A DNA stretch of 64,000 nt, taken from contig NC_058373.1 of the NCBI RefSeq assembly GCF_018350175.1, positions 103,108,001-103,172,000 on the forward strand, in the 5' to 3' direction. The notes beneath the pieces are model-generated. The model had not been told where the DNA came from. It made no database searches and worked only from the letters and a program-made list of their open reading frames with translations. Below, one piece after another: positions 12,715 through 25,859 of this stretch; within the stretch, counting starts at the first letter, position 1; the number at the start of each line of letters is the position of its first letter. Made by a program: the position numbers and the translations under genes. This DNA is from Felis catus (Eukaryota).

Positions 12715-14889
12715 AAGAGAAAGTAAAATGTCATTAGAGAGGTGTTGGTAATAAAACATTTCAGGGGTTTGGTTGAGAGAGAGATGTTGAGAGATGAAGT
12801 AGCTAAAATTTCACATAAATAGCACACGTACATAAACACACGCATGCGCACACACGTGTGCACACGCATGCACACACGCGCATGCACACCAGTCACCTGT
12901 TTCTGCAGCCGGGAGCAGATTCTGTAGCTGGCCAAATGGCCGCAAATTTCATCCTTTGTTTCTTTCTGTCTCATTCTCTGAGAGCTGATTCCAAATGCTG
13001 CTCAGACAAGAAGCCTTCATTTGTGACCCCTGTCCTCTGATGATGGGATCTAGCAGCCCCCAAAGCAACCTCAGCATCAGCAAACTCTTGCGTTGTGAGC
13101 TGGTGCCTGCTTGGCTAACCAAAGTGAGGTGCGCAGGTGGGGAGAAGGAGGAAAGGGAATGCAGGAGACAAGAGAGGTGGAGTGAAGGAAGAAAAGAAGG
13201 AAAGTCCCTGAGAAGAGGGTCTAGAGTCAGCAGCAGGGAGTCTCAAGGTATCATCTTTGTATCACTGTCTATTAGAGAATATGGTCTCTCACCATGCATT
13301 ACACTCTTTTAGAATATAGAGGCCAGTGGTTTAGGAAAACATGCAGATGGTGGGTCTGAGTCTGCCCCCCACATGACTCCCTTCTTTGTCCTTTCCTCCA
13401 CTCTGCTTCTGGGAACAGGGATAAGTTGATTCTCACCCTAGGTCCCACAAAGATGAGACCATACCTGGGAGAGGGAAGAGTTACTGGAAACAGAGCTGCC
13501 AAATTAGCCCTACATTGTCTACCTCCAAAGAACTATAGCCCTTGCTTGTCTAAGACATTGTTATTTTGGGTATCCTAACATTCTGATACAGCATGTTTTC
13601 TTAACAAATGAAAATTTTTAATTCGATGACCAGATAATTACCATTACACATGGTGAGAGCTGATGCGATCTTTCTTTCAGTTATATTTTGAATCTCGAAA
13701 GCAGTTCTGCACTTCAAACAATGTGGAAATATTACAGTAAAGAGTGAAAATTTCTCTTTGACTCTCTCATCTTTCTCCTTTCTGAACCACCGAATTCCAC
13801 TCTCAGCCTTCAAAGTAAGCACTGAGTTCAGGGTTCATCTTTTAGGTCGTCATCTGGACACTTACAAACATATGTGAGGTTTCATAAATACTTTAAAGAG
13901 AAGTGTAATCCCACTGTATGCACTATTCTGCAATTCTTTTTTTCTCTGCAGTGAAATGTAGTTTGAATATCTATACATACTGGCACATTCTTTTCAACCA
14001 CTTGAAGTACTCCTTAAGTATGGGTGTACCATAATTAATTAACCAGTTGCCTCTTAATTGACTTTTAGGTTGTTTCCCATTTTCAGTATCATAGGCAGTG
14101 TTTAATGGACAATCTTGTGCAGAGGAGTGAGATTTTGGTAGGATAGATTTCTTGAAGTGAATTTACAGGGTTTTGACCTTCCAGAGTCGACTCTTCATTT
14201 TTTAAGGATGGAAATTCACGTAGTAGTTTTTGTTCTTTGCCGCCCAAGAACAGCTACAAGATGTAGAACTAAAGAATGAGAGAGGGTGAGCATGAAGGCC
14301 GAATATCCATTTCCACCATTTGTCCTTTTCAGCCATAGGAGGCTGAAAAAGGAAATGCTTCCATGAACACAGAGAGGTTCCGTGACCCCAGAGAAAGGAC
14401 AAAGCCTGTGGTCACATCTAGATCCAGGATCTGGATTCAGGAACAGAAAAGATCTTCCCAGAGACAATTCTGCAATTCGGCCATTTGCTTTACATTCCTC
14501 TCATCATAACTGATTTTCACAAGCAGTTTAAACTGTCTGCTCAGTAACATTCCTCTGAAGAGCACCCTACTCTGGGGTCGGTCTACACCATCATCACCGT
14601 GGCTTCTCGTTCTCATCTGCACAGTTTCCCCAAGAGCAATAAATGAAACCAGCTCAGAGCACATTTTGAGTGAGGGAGTGGATCTATAAAGGCCAACTAT
14701 TTCGGGAAGGAGGCCAGAAGCTTCCTAACCAAACAAGCACAAACTCTGCTTTTCTTTTGCAGTCAACCATTTCCTTTTGGTCCTAGTCTATTTATGGAGT
14801 CCCTGGAATAGGTCACATCCTTCTCAGCATATCTAGCCCAGCAGAAGTCCGTGAATTATTGACCAGTCCCAAAGCCTTCAAGCTCTGGA

Positions 14890-15317
14890 CCAGGGATTCT
14901 TGACCTTTCTTTGGTCCATGGATATATTTGGCAGCCTACAGAAGCCCATAAACTCCTTCCTTAATGTTTTTAAATACTTAACATAAAATGAATGGGATTG
15001 CAAATAAACAAGTCATATCAAAGTACAGCCATTAAAATGTTAAAAACAAATGTGTTGTGCAATGCATATGCTTGTTTTTGATCGTATTAAGTAATAATAC
15101 TTATCAGTAGGCCTAACTAACTACTATCATTTTGAAGAAGTGGTAAGTGCAAACTGTGTCAAGATGTCTGCAATAACTGAAAAATGTTATGAATATATCT
15201 GTGATTTCTATTGGTGACAAAATCAGAGGTACTGCTGCTACCACTGTGGCTTATTGCCTCCATGCTTAAAGGAAACACAAAAAGTTAGGGTTAATGAAAA
15301 CAAAGATGCAGTTTTTT
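14890..15317 (+). mobile_element. Charlie4a-like hAT transposon remnant
   Basis: ATATCTGTGATTTCTATTGGTGACAAAATCAGAGGTACTGCT and its flanks match recalled Charlie4a. Confidence 0.7.
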
Positions 15318-16697
15318 AGGGCTGGTACTGTGTTTTTGTGCTGTTGGTTTCCTTTTGGATTCTTTAGCATCTAGCACAGTATTTAGTATGCAGAGTGTAC
15401 CTAATAAATTTACGGACTTTTTAAAAAGATGAGCAAGCAAAGAATGAATGAATGAATTGGTGAGAAGAAAAACCACACCTATAATTTCTTACATTTAAAT
15501 AAAATCCCGATTGTGGCTCTCATAGTGAAAAATGTTGTGAAGCTAAAAAAACAGAACCTCCGTAAGCCCATTTATCCTTCAGCCATTCTATTAAGCATGC
15601 CCCTCAGAGATGGAGGGGCCGAGGGATGCAGGAGGCCATCTATGCTGCTTTGTCCCTAAAGTTTAGTAGGGAGAATCAGGGCTACATCTTTGGTGTAGCT
15701 ACTGGTTTGCCGTGAAATATGTTCTGAGAAATACAGGCATAGGCATTACTGCTCCTTGAAACTTGTGTTTTCCTGCCAGTGAGTGGTAATTCTAATTCCT
15801 ATTTGAAATATATTCAGGTTTGGAGGTCATTGACTTAAAAGTCTCATGATATTGAATAGCACAAAACCATAATTGTGGCTTTTGACTTTATTAGGTCTAT
15901 ATTTTCTATCTTCTGGGACCAAATGCCTGACATTCTTCCTTAGTAACATGGTTCCTCATCTTGAAATCTGTATTTCCTTTCTTTTTGAATATGTGTTGTT
16001 ATTCCCCATCCACTACCTTAATTTGTAAATAGCCACTAGGCAGTACTTACCTATCCATGCAACTATCTGCTGGTGCTGCAGAACTTTTCCCCCAAATGGT
16101 ATGCAGTGGGGGGAAGGGGGCAACAACTCCAGTTTTCTAGAGTTCTTCCAAATGAGGAGGCAGATTTGGCTTTTTTTGCTTTGCTCAATTCTGCACTCAG
16201 TATAGTATCATTCTACGCATTAATAAAAGAAGATGGTGAGTTTTTGTGGTCATTATTTATGGGTTGATATCTTTGGAAACACTACTGCATGAAATCCTAC
16301 TATTGTGTGCCCCTGGCCAGTAGGATTCTCCTTTGGCTGTAAACTGTATGTGAACTAGCTGGGCAGATGCAGTGGCCTTCAACTAATTCACTAGAGCGTT
16401 TGACTTCCTGGTTAGGAAGACCCTCGTTATCACTAACTTGAGAATTGCTGCCAGTTGGAAGACAAATGTGGTGGTGCCACAGCCATTCATCAAATGGAAG
16501 GAGAGAGCAACCTTTGCCATCCATTAGGATGAGATGGAGAGCTTTGGTGTTAGCTCAGTTAAAATGGCATGTACAGGCATACTTACCCTATGAGATTCGG
16601 GGTCTAGGCACTGCTCAGAGTCATTCGACTGAGCTTCTGCTCCCGCACTGAGGACTATTTTATGTAATCCAGTCTCTAGTTCTAAAAGTCCATTGCT

Positions 16698-16906
16698 GGG
16701 GCGCCTGGGTGGCTCAGTTGGTTGAGCATCTGACTTCGGCTCAGGTCATGATCTCACAATTTGTGAGTTCAAGTCCCACATCGGGCTCTGTGCTGACAGC
16801 TCAGAGCCTGGAGCCTGCTTCCAATTCTGTGTGTGTCTCTCTCTCTGCCCCTCCCCTGCTCACACTCTGTCTCTCTCCCTCTCAAAAATAAATATTAAAA
16901 AAAAAA
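16698..16906 (+). mobile_element. CAN-SINE
   Basis: Full SINE with TSD aaaagtcca. Confidence 0.92.
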
Positions 16907-17802
16907 AAGTCCAGAGCCTTTCTTTGTCACCTGCCCCATGAGAGAGACTTCTCATGCAGTGCTTCCCCTCTTTTGAGGACAGGAGCTAGCTTTTGCTAAA
17001 TGTTGTTGGAATACACAGACATTTAGTTGCAGCTTCCCTCCAGAGCTAGCTATTTTTAAAGAGGTCTCCCCTTTTTCTTTTTTTGGAAACACAAAGCACA
17101 TATTTCGCTGGCTAATTAGTATTTCAAAAGCAAACTCAGAGACAAGGCGAGGAATCCAGAAAGTATTTAATTCGTAGAAATGTTTTATTTTTGATGTAGC
17201 CAAGGCAGTTTAAACACACACTTTATCAGAAGCTGGAAGGAGGTTGGGAAATGGATCTAAGGTCTCAAGAATTCTTGGGTGAGCAGCTTTCAAGGGCCCA
17301 GAAATCTTGGTCTGGATGTGGTCTCATGGGCTAAGGATGCAGATTCAGTAAGGGATGTCACAGGAGTGGACCCCATTAACCCGACTTCCTGTACCTCCAC
17401 CTTCATATTTATCTACTTTGCTCTCCTCTTACCAAACCCCAACCCCACCTCAGGGTTATGTTAGAGACAAAACCAGAAGAAGAAAAAGTAAGAGTGCCAA
17501 CTGGGCCAGGATATTGTATGCTCCAAAGAAAGAAGGGAGGGGGCGGTGCTGGGCATAAGCTGAGGCTCCATGGAGCAAAGCCACTGCCAGAGACCTGTGC
17601 CAGAGAGAAAGCCAAGGAGTACCAGGTTCCAGGAGTCAGAGCCAAGCACAAAGAGCTATGCCCAAAGAGGCCACAGCAAAGGAGAAAGGGAGAGGAGATC
17701 CAGGCCACTAATTCTAAAGTCCGGGGATGCAAAACCTTATCCAAGAGAGCCTCGTAGCACAGCATATGGGCCACTGGACTCTGATTTTTCCCTTTCTCCT
17801 TT

Positions 17803-18342
17803 GTTTTTTTAAAAAAAGATTTATTTATTTTTTAATTTACATCCAAGTTAGTTAGCATATAGTGCAACAATGATTTCAGGAGTAGATTCCTTAATGCCTC
17901 TTACCCATTTAGCCCATTCCCCCTCCCACAACCCCTCCAGTAACCCTCTGTTTGTTCTCCGTATTTAAGAGTCTCATGTTTTGTCCCCCTCCCTGTTTTT
18001 ATATTATTTTTGCTTCCCTTCCCTGGTGTTCATCTGTTCTGTGTCTTAAAGTCCTCATATGAGTGAAGTCATATGATATTTGTCTTTCTCTGACTAATTT
18101 TGCTTAGCATTATACCCTCTAGTTCCATCCACCTAGTTGCAAATGGCAAGATTTCATTCTTTTTGATTGCAGAGTAATACTCCATTTTATATATATATAC
18201 CATGTCTTTATCCATTCATTCATTGGTGGACATTTGGGCTCTTTCCATACTTTGGCTATTGTTGATAGTGCTGCTATAAACATTGAGGTGCATGTGTCCT
18301 TCGAAACAGCACACCTGTATCCCTTGGATAAATATCTAGTCA
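17803..18342 (-). mobile_element. 5'-truncated carnivore/felid L1 3' end
   Basis: Reverse L1 3'UTR with TSD ccctttctccttt (17790-17802 and 18343-18355). Confidence 0.9.
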
Positions 18343-18359
18343 CCCTTTCTCCTTTCTTC

Positions 18360-19272
18360 TTCTCATTCTGTGTCTTTGTTCTATGTGCTCTCACCCATCC
18401 CCATGACATCAATGTTGATGAAATAATGATTTCCCAAATCTACACCTTCAACCCTGACCTGGCTCTGAGCCCTGGCCTCATCTTTCGTCCGTCAGTTGTC
18501 TATCTCTACCTGGATGGCCCCAGCAACCACAAACTGCATACCCTCAGCTGAATTCCTTTTCCCTCCCTATAAGCATATTCTTCTGGTTCACTACTTAGAA
18601 ACTTCAAAACCATCTCTGACTCATTTCATTCTCCTTCACTCCCCCCATACCCACACACACACACACACACAATTGGCCAGCAAGCCCAAGTACTAGACTA
18701 ATTTCTGCCTCTAAAGTACCCATCAGGTATATCTCTTCTCTCTCCTTTCCAGCGCTATATCCCTAATCCCAACCCACACTGTCCCGGACCCTGGTTTTTA
18801 TAGTGACCTCCTATCTAGTTTCCATGCCTCCCTCCTATCCATTCAAATTTCAATCAGCATAAGCTTTCAAAAATACAAATGTGATTATGCCCTTTTCCTG
18901 GGTCACTTTTAAAGGTTGCCCATTGTCCCTAGGACAAAGTCCAGGCTCCTTAGCATGGCACACGGGGCTTTTTGACCACCTGGCCCAATCTCTATCCCCG
19001 ATTACTTCAGGCATTCTCCCCTTCCTAGGCCTTTACACATGCTGTTCTTTCTGCCTGGAATTGCTTCCTCATCCACGTGTCTAACTGATGACTGTTGCTC
19101 ATCTTTCAATCACCAGTGTAAGTGCGAGTCTGCCTTTATTATTTACCCTTGACACCAGAACTGACTGCTGCATTATCTATGCTCCAACAGCTTGTGTCCA
19201 GACCTTAATAATGCTACCTACACTGTATTATAGTTAAAAATTCATTAAGAAATGTTTTTGAATGAATGAATT
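18360..19272 (+). mobile_element. L2 remnant
   Basis: Degenerate L2 3' region ending ...AAATGTTTTTGAATGAATGAAT. Confidence 0.6.
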
Positions 19273-19945
19273 CTAGATGTGTCGTGAATGGGAAAGGCAG
19301 ATGGATCATTCCCACCTAGCTCTGCAGTCCTGATCTTTATTCATGATCCAAACCCCTGTTCTGTCTCAGAAACAGTAAAAATTGTGTTTCAGTGTTAAAA
19401 ATAATAATAATAAATCATCTGAGCAGAGTCTTGACAGAACCATAAGCTCATCAAACAATTGGCTGAAAGATACTGACAGTTCAAGAACACATTTCCTTTA
19501 AAAAAAAAAAATCTGTATTTACATCTCATGTCCAGATGAATACATTTCCTCTTATTTCATTTACAGTCAAATATATTTTAAAATTAAAGAAGTATTTTTG
19601 ACACTACCTTCTGCTGTACCTGTCTCTTAGAAGGCACAGTGCTGAATGATATATAACAATGAAATCTTTTTGTAGTACATCTGGGATCACCATGAACCCA
19701 GAGGCATTGTCAGCTTTTTGGGTGACTTGGTCTATTAAAGTGCAGAGGCATTAACTCTCATTATCTCTCACTTTGCCAAAAGACAAACTAAGGCACACAC
19801 ACAAAAGAGTCAAGTTTGACTTAAAAGAGTTTGATCAGTGTGCTCCTATTCCTTGCTCTAGTTTCTAGGACACACTTGCCTTCTTAAGGAGGATTAAATA
19901 ACTTCAAGTGGGAAATGAAGAGAACTAAAGAAAATAGGATCTTGT

Positions 19946-20178
19946 GGGGCGCCTGGGTGGCTCAGTCGGCTGAGCATCCGACTTCAGCTCAGGCCATGAT
20001 CTCATGGCTCATGGGTTTGAGCCCAGTGTCGGGCTCTGTGCTGACAGCTCATAGCCTGGAGCCTGCTTCGGATTCTGTGACTCCCGATCTCTCTCTACCG
20101 CCCCCCCCCCCAGCCCCCCAGCTCATGCTCTGCCTGTCTCTGTCTCTCAAAAATAAACAAACATTAAAAAAATTCTTT
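19946..20178 (+). mobile_element. CAN-SINE
   Basis: Full SINE with a ~20-bp TSD taaagaaa(a/t)taggatcttgt. Confidence 0.93.
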
Positions 20179-20719
20179 TAAAGAAATTAGGATCTTGTTC
20201 TATAAATGGGAAGACTTATGGAGAAGAAGTAAAACACAGAACCTAGGATAGACAATAGAACAAAACTTGAATCAAACTGGAATTTTGTTTTTAAGTCTCA
20301 TCTGCTGGTTGTTAGCTCTAAAGGACAATATAATTTTAAAGTTTAAAATATCACCCTAGTTATACATAATTCCCTTTCTTGATATTGGCGTGAACATTTG
20401 AATATCTGCAACATGAAAATGAAAACCATCAATAAGCCTTGACTAAATTATAAGATCAAAGATTTGACTCTAGAATGAAGTTAGTTCTGGCCCAGTCATG
20501 ATTCACTGTGATAAAGATCTAAGGGTAGGAAATAGATGGAATTTTTGCTGGTTTTTCTCTTCCTGCCATGCCCAAGGTCAATAACAACAAAGAATCACAG
20601 CACTTATTGTGATCTGTGCACAAGTCTTCAAAGCATCAGTACAACACTCCTGGGAGAAGCCACCAATAATCCATCACTGTTAGCCCACCTTTCAGTAAGG
20701 GACTCAGCAGGAAGCAGAT

Positions 20720-21072
20720 AGTACACTCAAACTAGTAACTTTAGGGGTGTTTAATACAGGGACTCTTGCTAATTCTTGCCACTCCTAGACATGAAGGTAG
20801 AAGGGGTTTGGAGAATCCAGAAGGAGTGGATGTATGGAGAGGACAGGAGATGTGGCCTTTAGTAGTGAAGTAGCCAAAGCATTGCATTCTGGCAGGGACA
20901 GGGACTGGGGCAACAAATACCCAGGCCTCGCCCTTCTCTCACTGTCCAGTCTCCTGCCAGTGAGTTCCCCTACTGCAGCCTAATTGGTGCAGTCTGTACT
21001 GGTTAGCCCCTGTTGCACAGAGCAGGGCAGAGCAGAGTGGAGAGCAGGTCTGGATGCAAGGATGGAATATAT
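20720..21072 (-). mobile_element. LTR33-like ERVL LTR remnant
   Basis: Loose resemblance to recalled LTR33 (GTACACTCAAACTAG...GCACAGAGCAGGGCAGAGCAGAGTGGAGAG). Confidence 0.4.
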
Positions 21073-22130
21073 AGGGTTGAAAACATGTTGCCATTTATAA
21101 CTATTTTATTGTACTGTCTTCTGCGTGTGGGTGCAAAAACAGAACAGAAGGGCCTGCTGATGCTAGGATGTCACTTTAAGCTCCTGTCTTCATTCCCCCT
21201 CCCCTCCCCCCACCCCTTAGTTAGGCAGGAGTGAGCCTGCAGACCTCTGAGATGGGCGGTGCAGTTCTCCAAGTTTAGCATTTTAAACCAATTGAGCTGT
21301 TGGCAAGAGAGCACCAGCTGATGTTGTTAGAAAGATGTGATAGACTGTTTTGTTTCTAGTGCTTCTCAGGCAAAGCATCCAAGGAAAATTTCCTCCTTCT
21401 CTTCATCTGTCTGCAGATGGGAATCCTTGTTTTTCTGGAGTCATCTGCAAATGTTACTGATCTCCCATCTGAATCCCCAGCCAGTGGAGAAGCGTGAGCT
21501 TTCTCTGGGGTTTATTCATATCCAGTCTATATATTTTTGATTGAAACCTGATATCTTGACTCTGGAGCCAAGGGTCTTGTGATCTGCCATCACCCAAATG
21601 TGTTATTGAGACGTCTTCCCAAGGGTGTTTCCTTCTGCTGCAAATAAGATGTTGTCGGTTTCTTTTCTGTTGTGGAAAATGTTTTGTATGCCAATTTTTA
21701 AAAATAAAAGTTCTAAAACTGTCCATGGAACATTCTAGGAGGGCTCTCAAGAGTGGAGAGGGTCTTGTCTAAGTAGGGCTTGTGTTAGCATCTGGCCTGT
21801 GTTTAAATGATCACATGAGGAAAGCAGCCTGTGGGATTTCAGCTAAATCATCTATAACTTATACTGTTAATGCCAAGAGAAATGGGAGAAAGAGAGGAAA
21901 ACTGATATAAAAAAAAGAATTTAATGTATTGCTTCCCCTACCCCTTTGGTACCACGGCTAGTAAAGCAAAGAGGTATATATATGTATTCTAGATATAATT
22001 TATCGCTATTTCTCACACGGTCATTTAACATTTTTTCAATAGATATTTAGAGTTAGTATGATTCAGTGTATCTTATTATTTACTGTGTTTCATCAAGAAA
22101 ACAAAAGCCATGTCTTATGGTACATTTTCT

Positions 22131-22566
22131 TTGTTTTTAATTTTTTAATGTTTTACTTTATTTTAAAGTTTATTTATTTTTGCCAGATAGAGACAGAATG
22201 TGAGCAGGGGAGGGGCAGAGAGGGAGGGAGACACAGAATCTGAAACAGACTCCCGGCTCCGCACTGTCAGCACAGAGCCTGATGCGGGGCTTGAACTCAT
22301 GAGCTGTGAGATCGTGACTTGCTGAAGTAGGAGGTTTAACTGACTGAGCCACCCAGGTGCCCCAATGTTTATTTTAGAGAGAGAGAGAAACAGAGTGCGA
22401 GCGGGGAAAGGGTAGAGAGAGAGACACACACACACAGAGTCCGAAACAGGCTCCAGGCTCTGAGCTGTCAGTGCAGAGCCTGACGCGGGGCTGGAACCCA
22501 CCAACTGAGAGATCATGACCTGAGCCGAAGTCAGACACCCAACCGACTGAGCCACCCTGGCACTCC
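22131..22566 (-). mobile_element. Two nested CAN-SINEs (inner ~22152-22363 inserted in the A-tail of outer 22364-22566)
   Basis: Two complete reverse SINE bodies sharing an outer TSD tac(a/g)ttttct at 22121-22130 and 22567-22576. Confidence 0.88.
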
Positions 22567-22913
22567 TACGTTTTCTAATTGTATTTAAAGACATTTGTCT
22601 CACTTTACAATTTAAAGACCACATATGAAACAATAAAATCTCTCTCTCTTTTTCTCTCCATTCTCTCCTGGATTCTTCAGCCCCCATGTCTCTTCTACTT
22701 AGTTCATCTTTATGCTTTGCTCCTTTAATTTCTCTTGAACAATGATATTTCCTGCCTTTCCCGAGCCGTCCCATAACTTGGAGTCAAGTTTGAGAGGTAC
22801 TTGGTTATCTGAATACTTACCAGACCCCACTTGCACTGCCTGTCTGTTCCAGTAAGTTCACCCTACCATGAGAAATATACCACACTCAGCATGTGAGAGT
22901 AAAAGGGTGATTA

Positions 22914-23116
22914 GGGACATCTGGGTGGCCCAGTTGGTTGGGCATCCAACTTCGACTCGGGTCATGACCTCGCAGTTTGTGGGTTTGGGCCCCGTGTCGG
23001 GCTCTGTACTGACAGCTCAGAGCCTGGAGCCTGTTTCGGATTCTGTGTCCCCTCTCTCTCTGCTCCTCCCCCACTCATGCTGTCTCTCTCTCTCAAAAAT
23101 AAATAAACATTAAAAA
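22914..23116 (+). mobile_element. CAN-SINE
   Basis: Full SINE with TSD aaaagg(g)tgatta. Confidence 0.92.
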
Positions 23117-25859
23117 AAAAGGTGATTAAAATATGGTTCCTGCCCTAAGGAGCTTGTGGTCTAATGAGGGAGTCAGAAATGCACACACTCAACTATAGTT
23201 CAAAGTAGTAACACATGTACTAAGACTCACACAAGTGGGAGTCTTTATAAAGAAAGAGCTCCCAAGGAAGAGCTGAAAATTCTGGCCAAATATGGATGAG
23301 AATGCAAGGCTTTGAAAAGGAAGTGGCACTAAGGACAAACCTCCATTAGGAGCAGGGAGGCAGGGAGACCTCCAGCCAATCAGAACAGTCACTGTTGGGG
23401 TTTGGTGATGGACCTCTCACCCAGGGGAGAGGCCAGGCTGTGGGAATGAATCAAATCCCTATGGCAAAGAACACAGTGGGGAAAGGAAAAGAGGAAAGGC
23501 AGAAGCTTGGACCCTGAAGGAAGAGAGGCCAGTGAGATGATTTAGAGGAAACCATCAGAGGATGGAGGAGAACCAACAGGTCAGTGGCAGAGAAGCTAAG
23601 GGATGAAGGAATTTCCAAAGGAAGGACAGCTAATAATAGTCATGAGGAGAATAACAAGCATTTGTAAACTATTTACTGTATGCCAGACATATTAAAGCTC
23701 CTAACAAAGCTACAAAGTGACAGAGTTAGGACTTGTACCCAGGCCTGATGGATGCCAACACCCTTCGTTTTGCAGATTCACATCAGGATGAAGACTTAAA
23801 GCATGCCATTTGCCATGGTGATTAGGAGCCCACTAGCCACATCCCAAATGAAATTTTGATAAAACGGTTAGGGAGGGTTGCAATAACAGGAAGCAAAGGT
23901 ATTGAGGTTAGCCTCTCTTCCAAAAAGTTTGGCAGTAAAACTTAAGAAATGGGGTGTTAGCTTAAAACAATAGGAAGACTTTTTAAAAAGGGGAGCTACT
24001 TAGACATTAGGTTGACCATGAGCTTGAGAATGTGAGAGGAGATTACCAAAGAGGTGAGAGGAAGTGAGATCAAGGACACAAGTAAAAAGATGTTCGGGGA
24101 AACGGTGAGGGCCATTGCTTCCTGCCTCTGAGATAAGAGAAAAGAGGACAGGATGAGTGGTAGGCAGATCTGATGCAAATGGTGAAGGAGTTGGGGACCT
24201 TTGCTCAGGACAGCCTGGCCTCCATCTTCTCACTAAAGTTGCTAATGAAAGGGGTGGGGAACTCTCAAAATAGAAAATAGAGTGTCCAGTGTAGATCATG
24301 TGCTTGGAAAAGCTGATCCATAACATGTAGGAAACGTCCACTTGGAATGCCGAAGAGGTATATTTGGGACACAGCACTCGGAGCAGGAAAACAACACAGC
24401 CATGGGGTAAGATGGAACTTGTTTTTGAAAGTAAGGAATCCCAAAGACAAAAAAAGCAGATTCACATTCCAGCTGAGTGCCTAGACTTCTTCCCTTACTG
24501 ATTTTTTTGGCTAAGAAAGCAGTAACCAAATAGTTTGGGCATCTATATACCAGAAAGACCTCTGATAAATTAAAAGTCACCTTGGCAGAAAGCAATGTTC
24601 TGAATGCCCATGGTATAACAAAAAGTTCTTTGTGGAATAGACCCTACAGAACAAGAACAGAAGTAGGGGTTTCTGGACTGTCTAGAGAGCCAGCTTAGGG
24701 GAAGGGCAGGAAAATCCTTTATCACTTACTGACACAGCATTTGCCTTCCCTAGGTGACTGTAGAAAAAAGTATAATGAAAAGAACATGGCCCTGAGCTCT
24801 GAGAGTCCAGGGTTAAAGCCTGGGTCCTCTACTTACTAGTGGGTGGCTTTGGGCAAGTTACTTACTCTCCTTGAACCTAATCTATAAAATGGAGATAATA
24901 ATACCTACCACATAAAGCTGTCAGAATTGGACAGCTTTCTTCTTTCCTTTCCTTTCCCTACCCATCTTGGACACTGAAAACCTCAAATTCTAAGTTGAGA
25001 AAAGAGTGTATATAATACACCCATCATTGTTGTATAGAGTGTCCTTTCAGAGACTTAAGCAGGTCTTTAAAAAAAAAAAACATGAGAAGGATTATTTTAC
25101 TTTTATTGAGCGGAGAGAAATGATCAGGAACAAGTCCAGTATAAATCTGGGAGAACCACTAAGAGGCAGGCACCTGCCTGGAATTTCCTAGGGTTTCTTT
25201 TTGGTCTGCTAGTCACTACTACTGCCTCTATCCATGCTCTACTGGACATCTGAAAAGACATGACAGAGTGGGGGAATTTTGCAGAAGAGAGAAAAGGCAG
25301 GCACAGGTAAAAATCAAGATAATGGAAGGTTTGGTGTCTCTTCTCCCAGGAGTGACAGAATCAGGTATGAGCAGCTTCCTCAGAACCACTTAATCTGGAT
25401 ATCAGGAATTTGTTTCTAGAAAGACAGGCCTAGTCCTAGGGTGGTAGAGCCCTCTACTCTTCAGAGTATGATAACTTAGGTGCAAAATAATAGCAACACA
25501 GCTCTTGTTAGGCTCCCGCTCACAAAATTCTTGACGTTGACATTCCTTAGCTTTGTAAAAATGTGGAATGATAACCTCTTTGCATGAAGCACATACTGCT
25601 TCCACAAGAAAATGGGAGTGATCAGAGACGTGTCACAAGGTTCTACCTTATGTCTACCAATCCACCTGCCTTTGAGTCTCTGCCTTCTCTCTGGCCACTG
25701 TGATGACCAGGTCTTGCTCCTGCCTGTGACCACTGTCTTCAGCTGGGCACTATGTTGTCCCTCAGTCCTGCCCAAGGATGTTTGGGCAGTCCTTCTCCCA
25801 CTTCTCTTCACCTTCAAGTCTTCCACCTCTGCAAGATCCTTCCCATCAATCTGCAAACA

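Noticed and set aside
17409..17812. Cluster of overlapping ORFs
   Set aside because: No recognisable protein. The purine-skewed sequence is probably a degenerate ancient LTR, which I could not assign.
22163..22774. 203-aa ORF and many similar 60-90 aa ORFs (MAQSVKRPTSAQVMIS...)
   Set aside because: Translations of CAN-SINE sequence.
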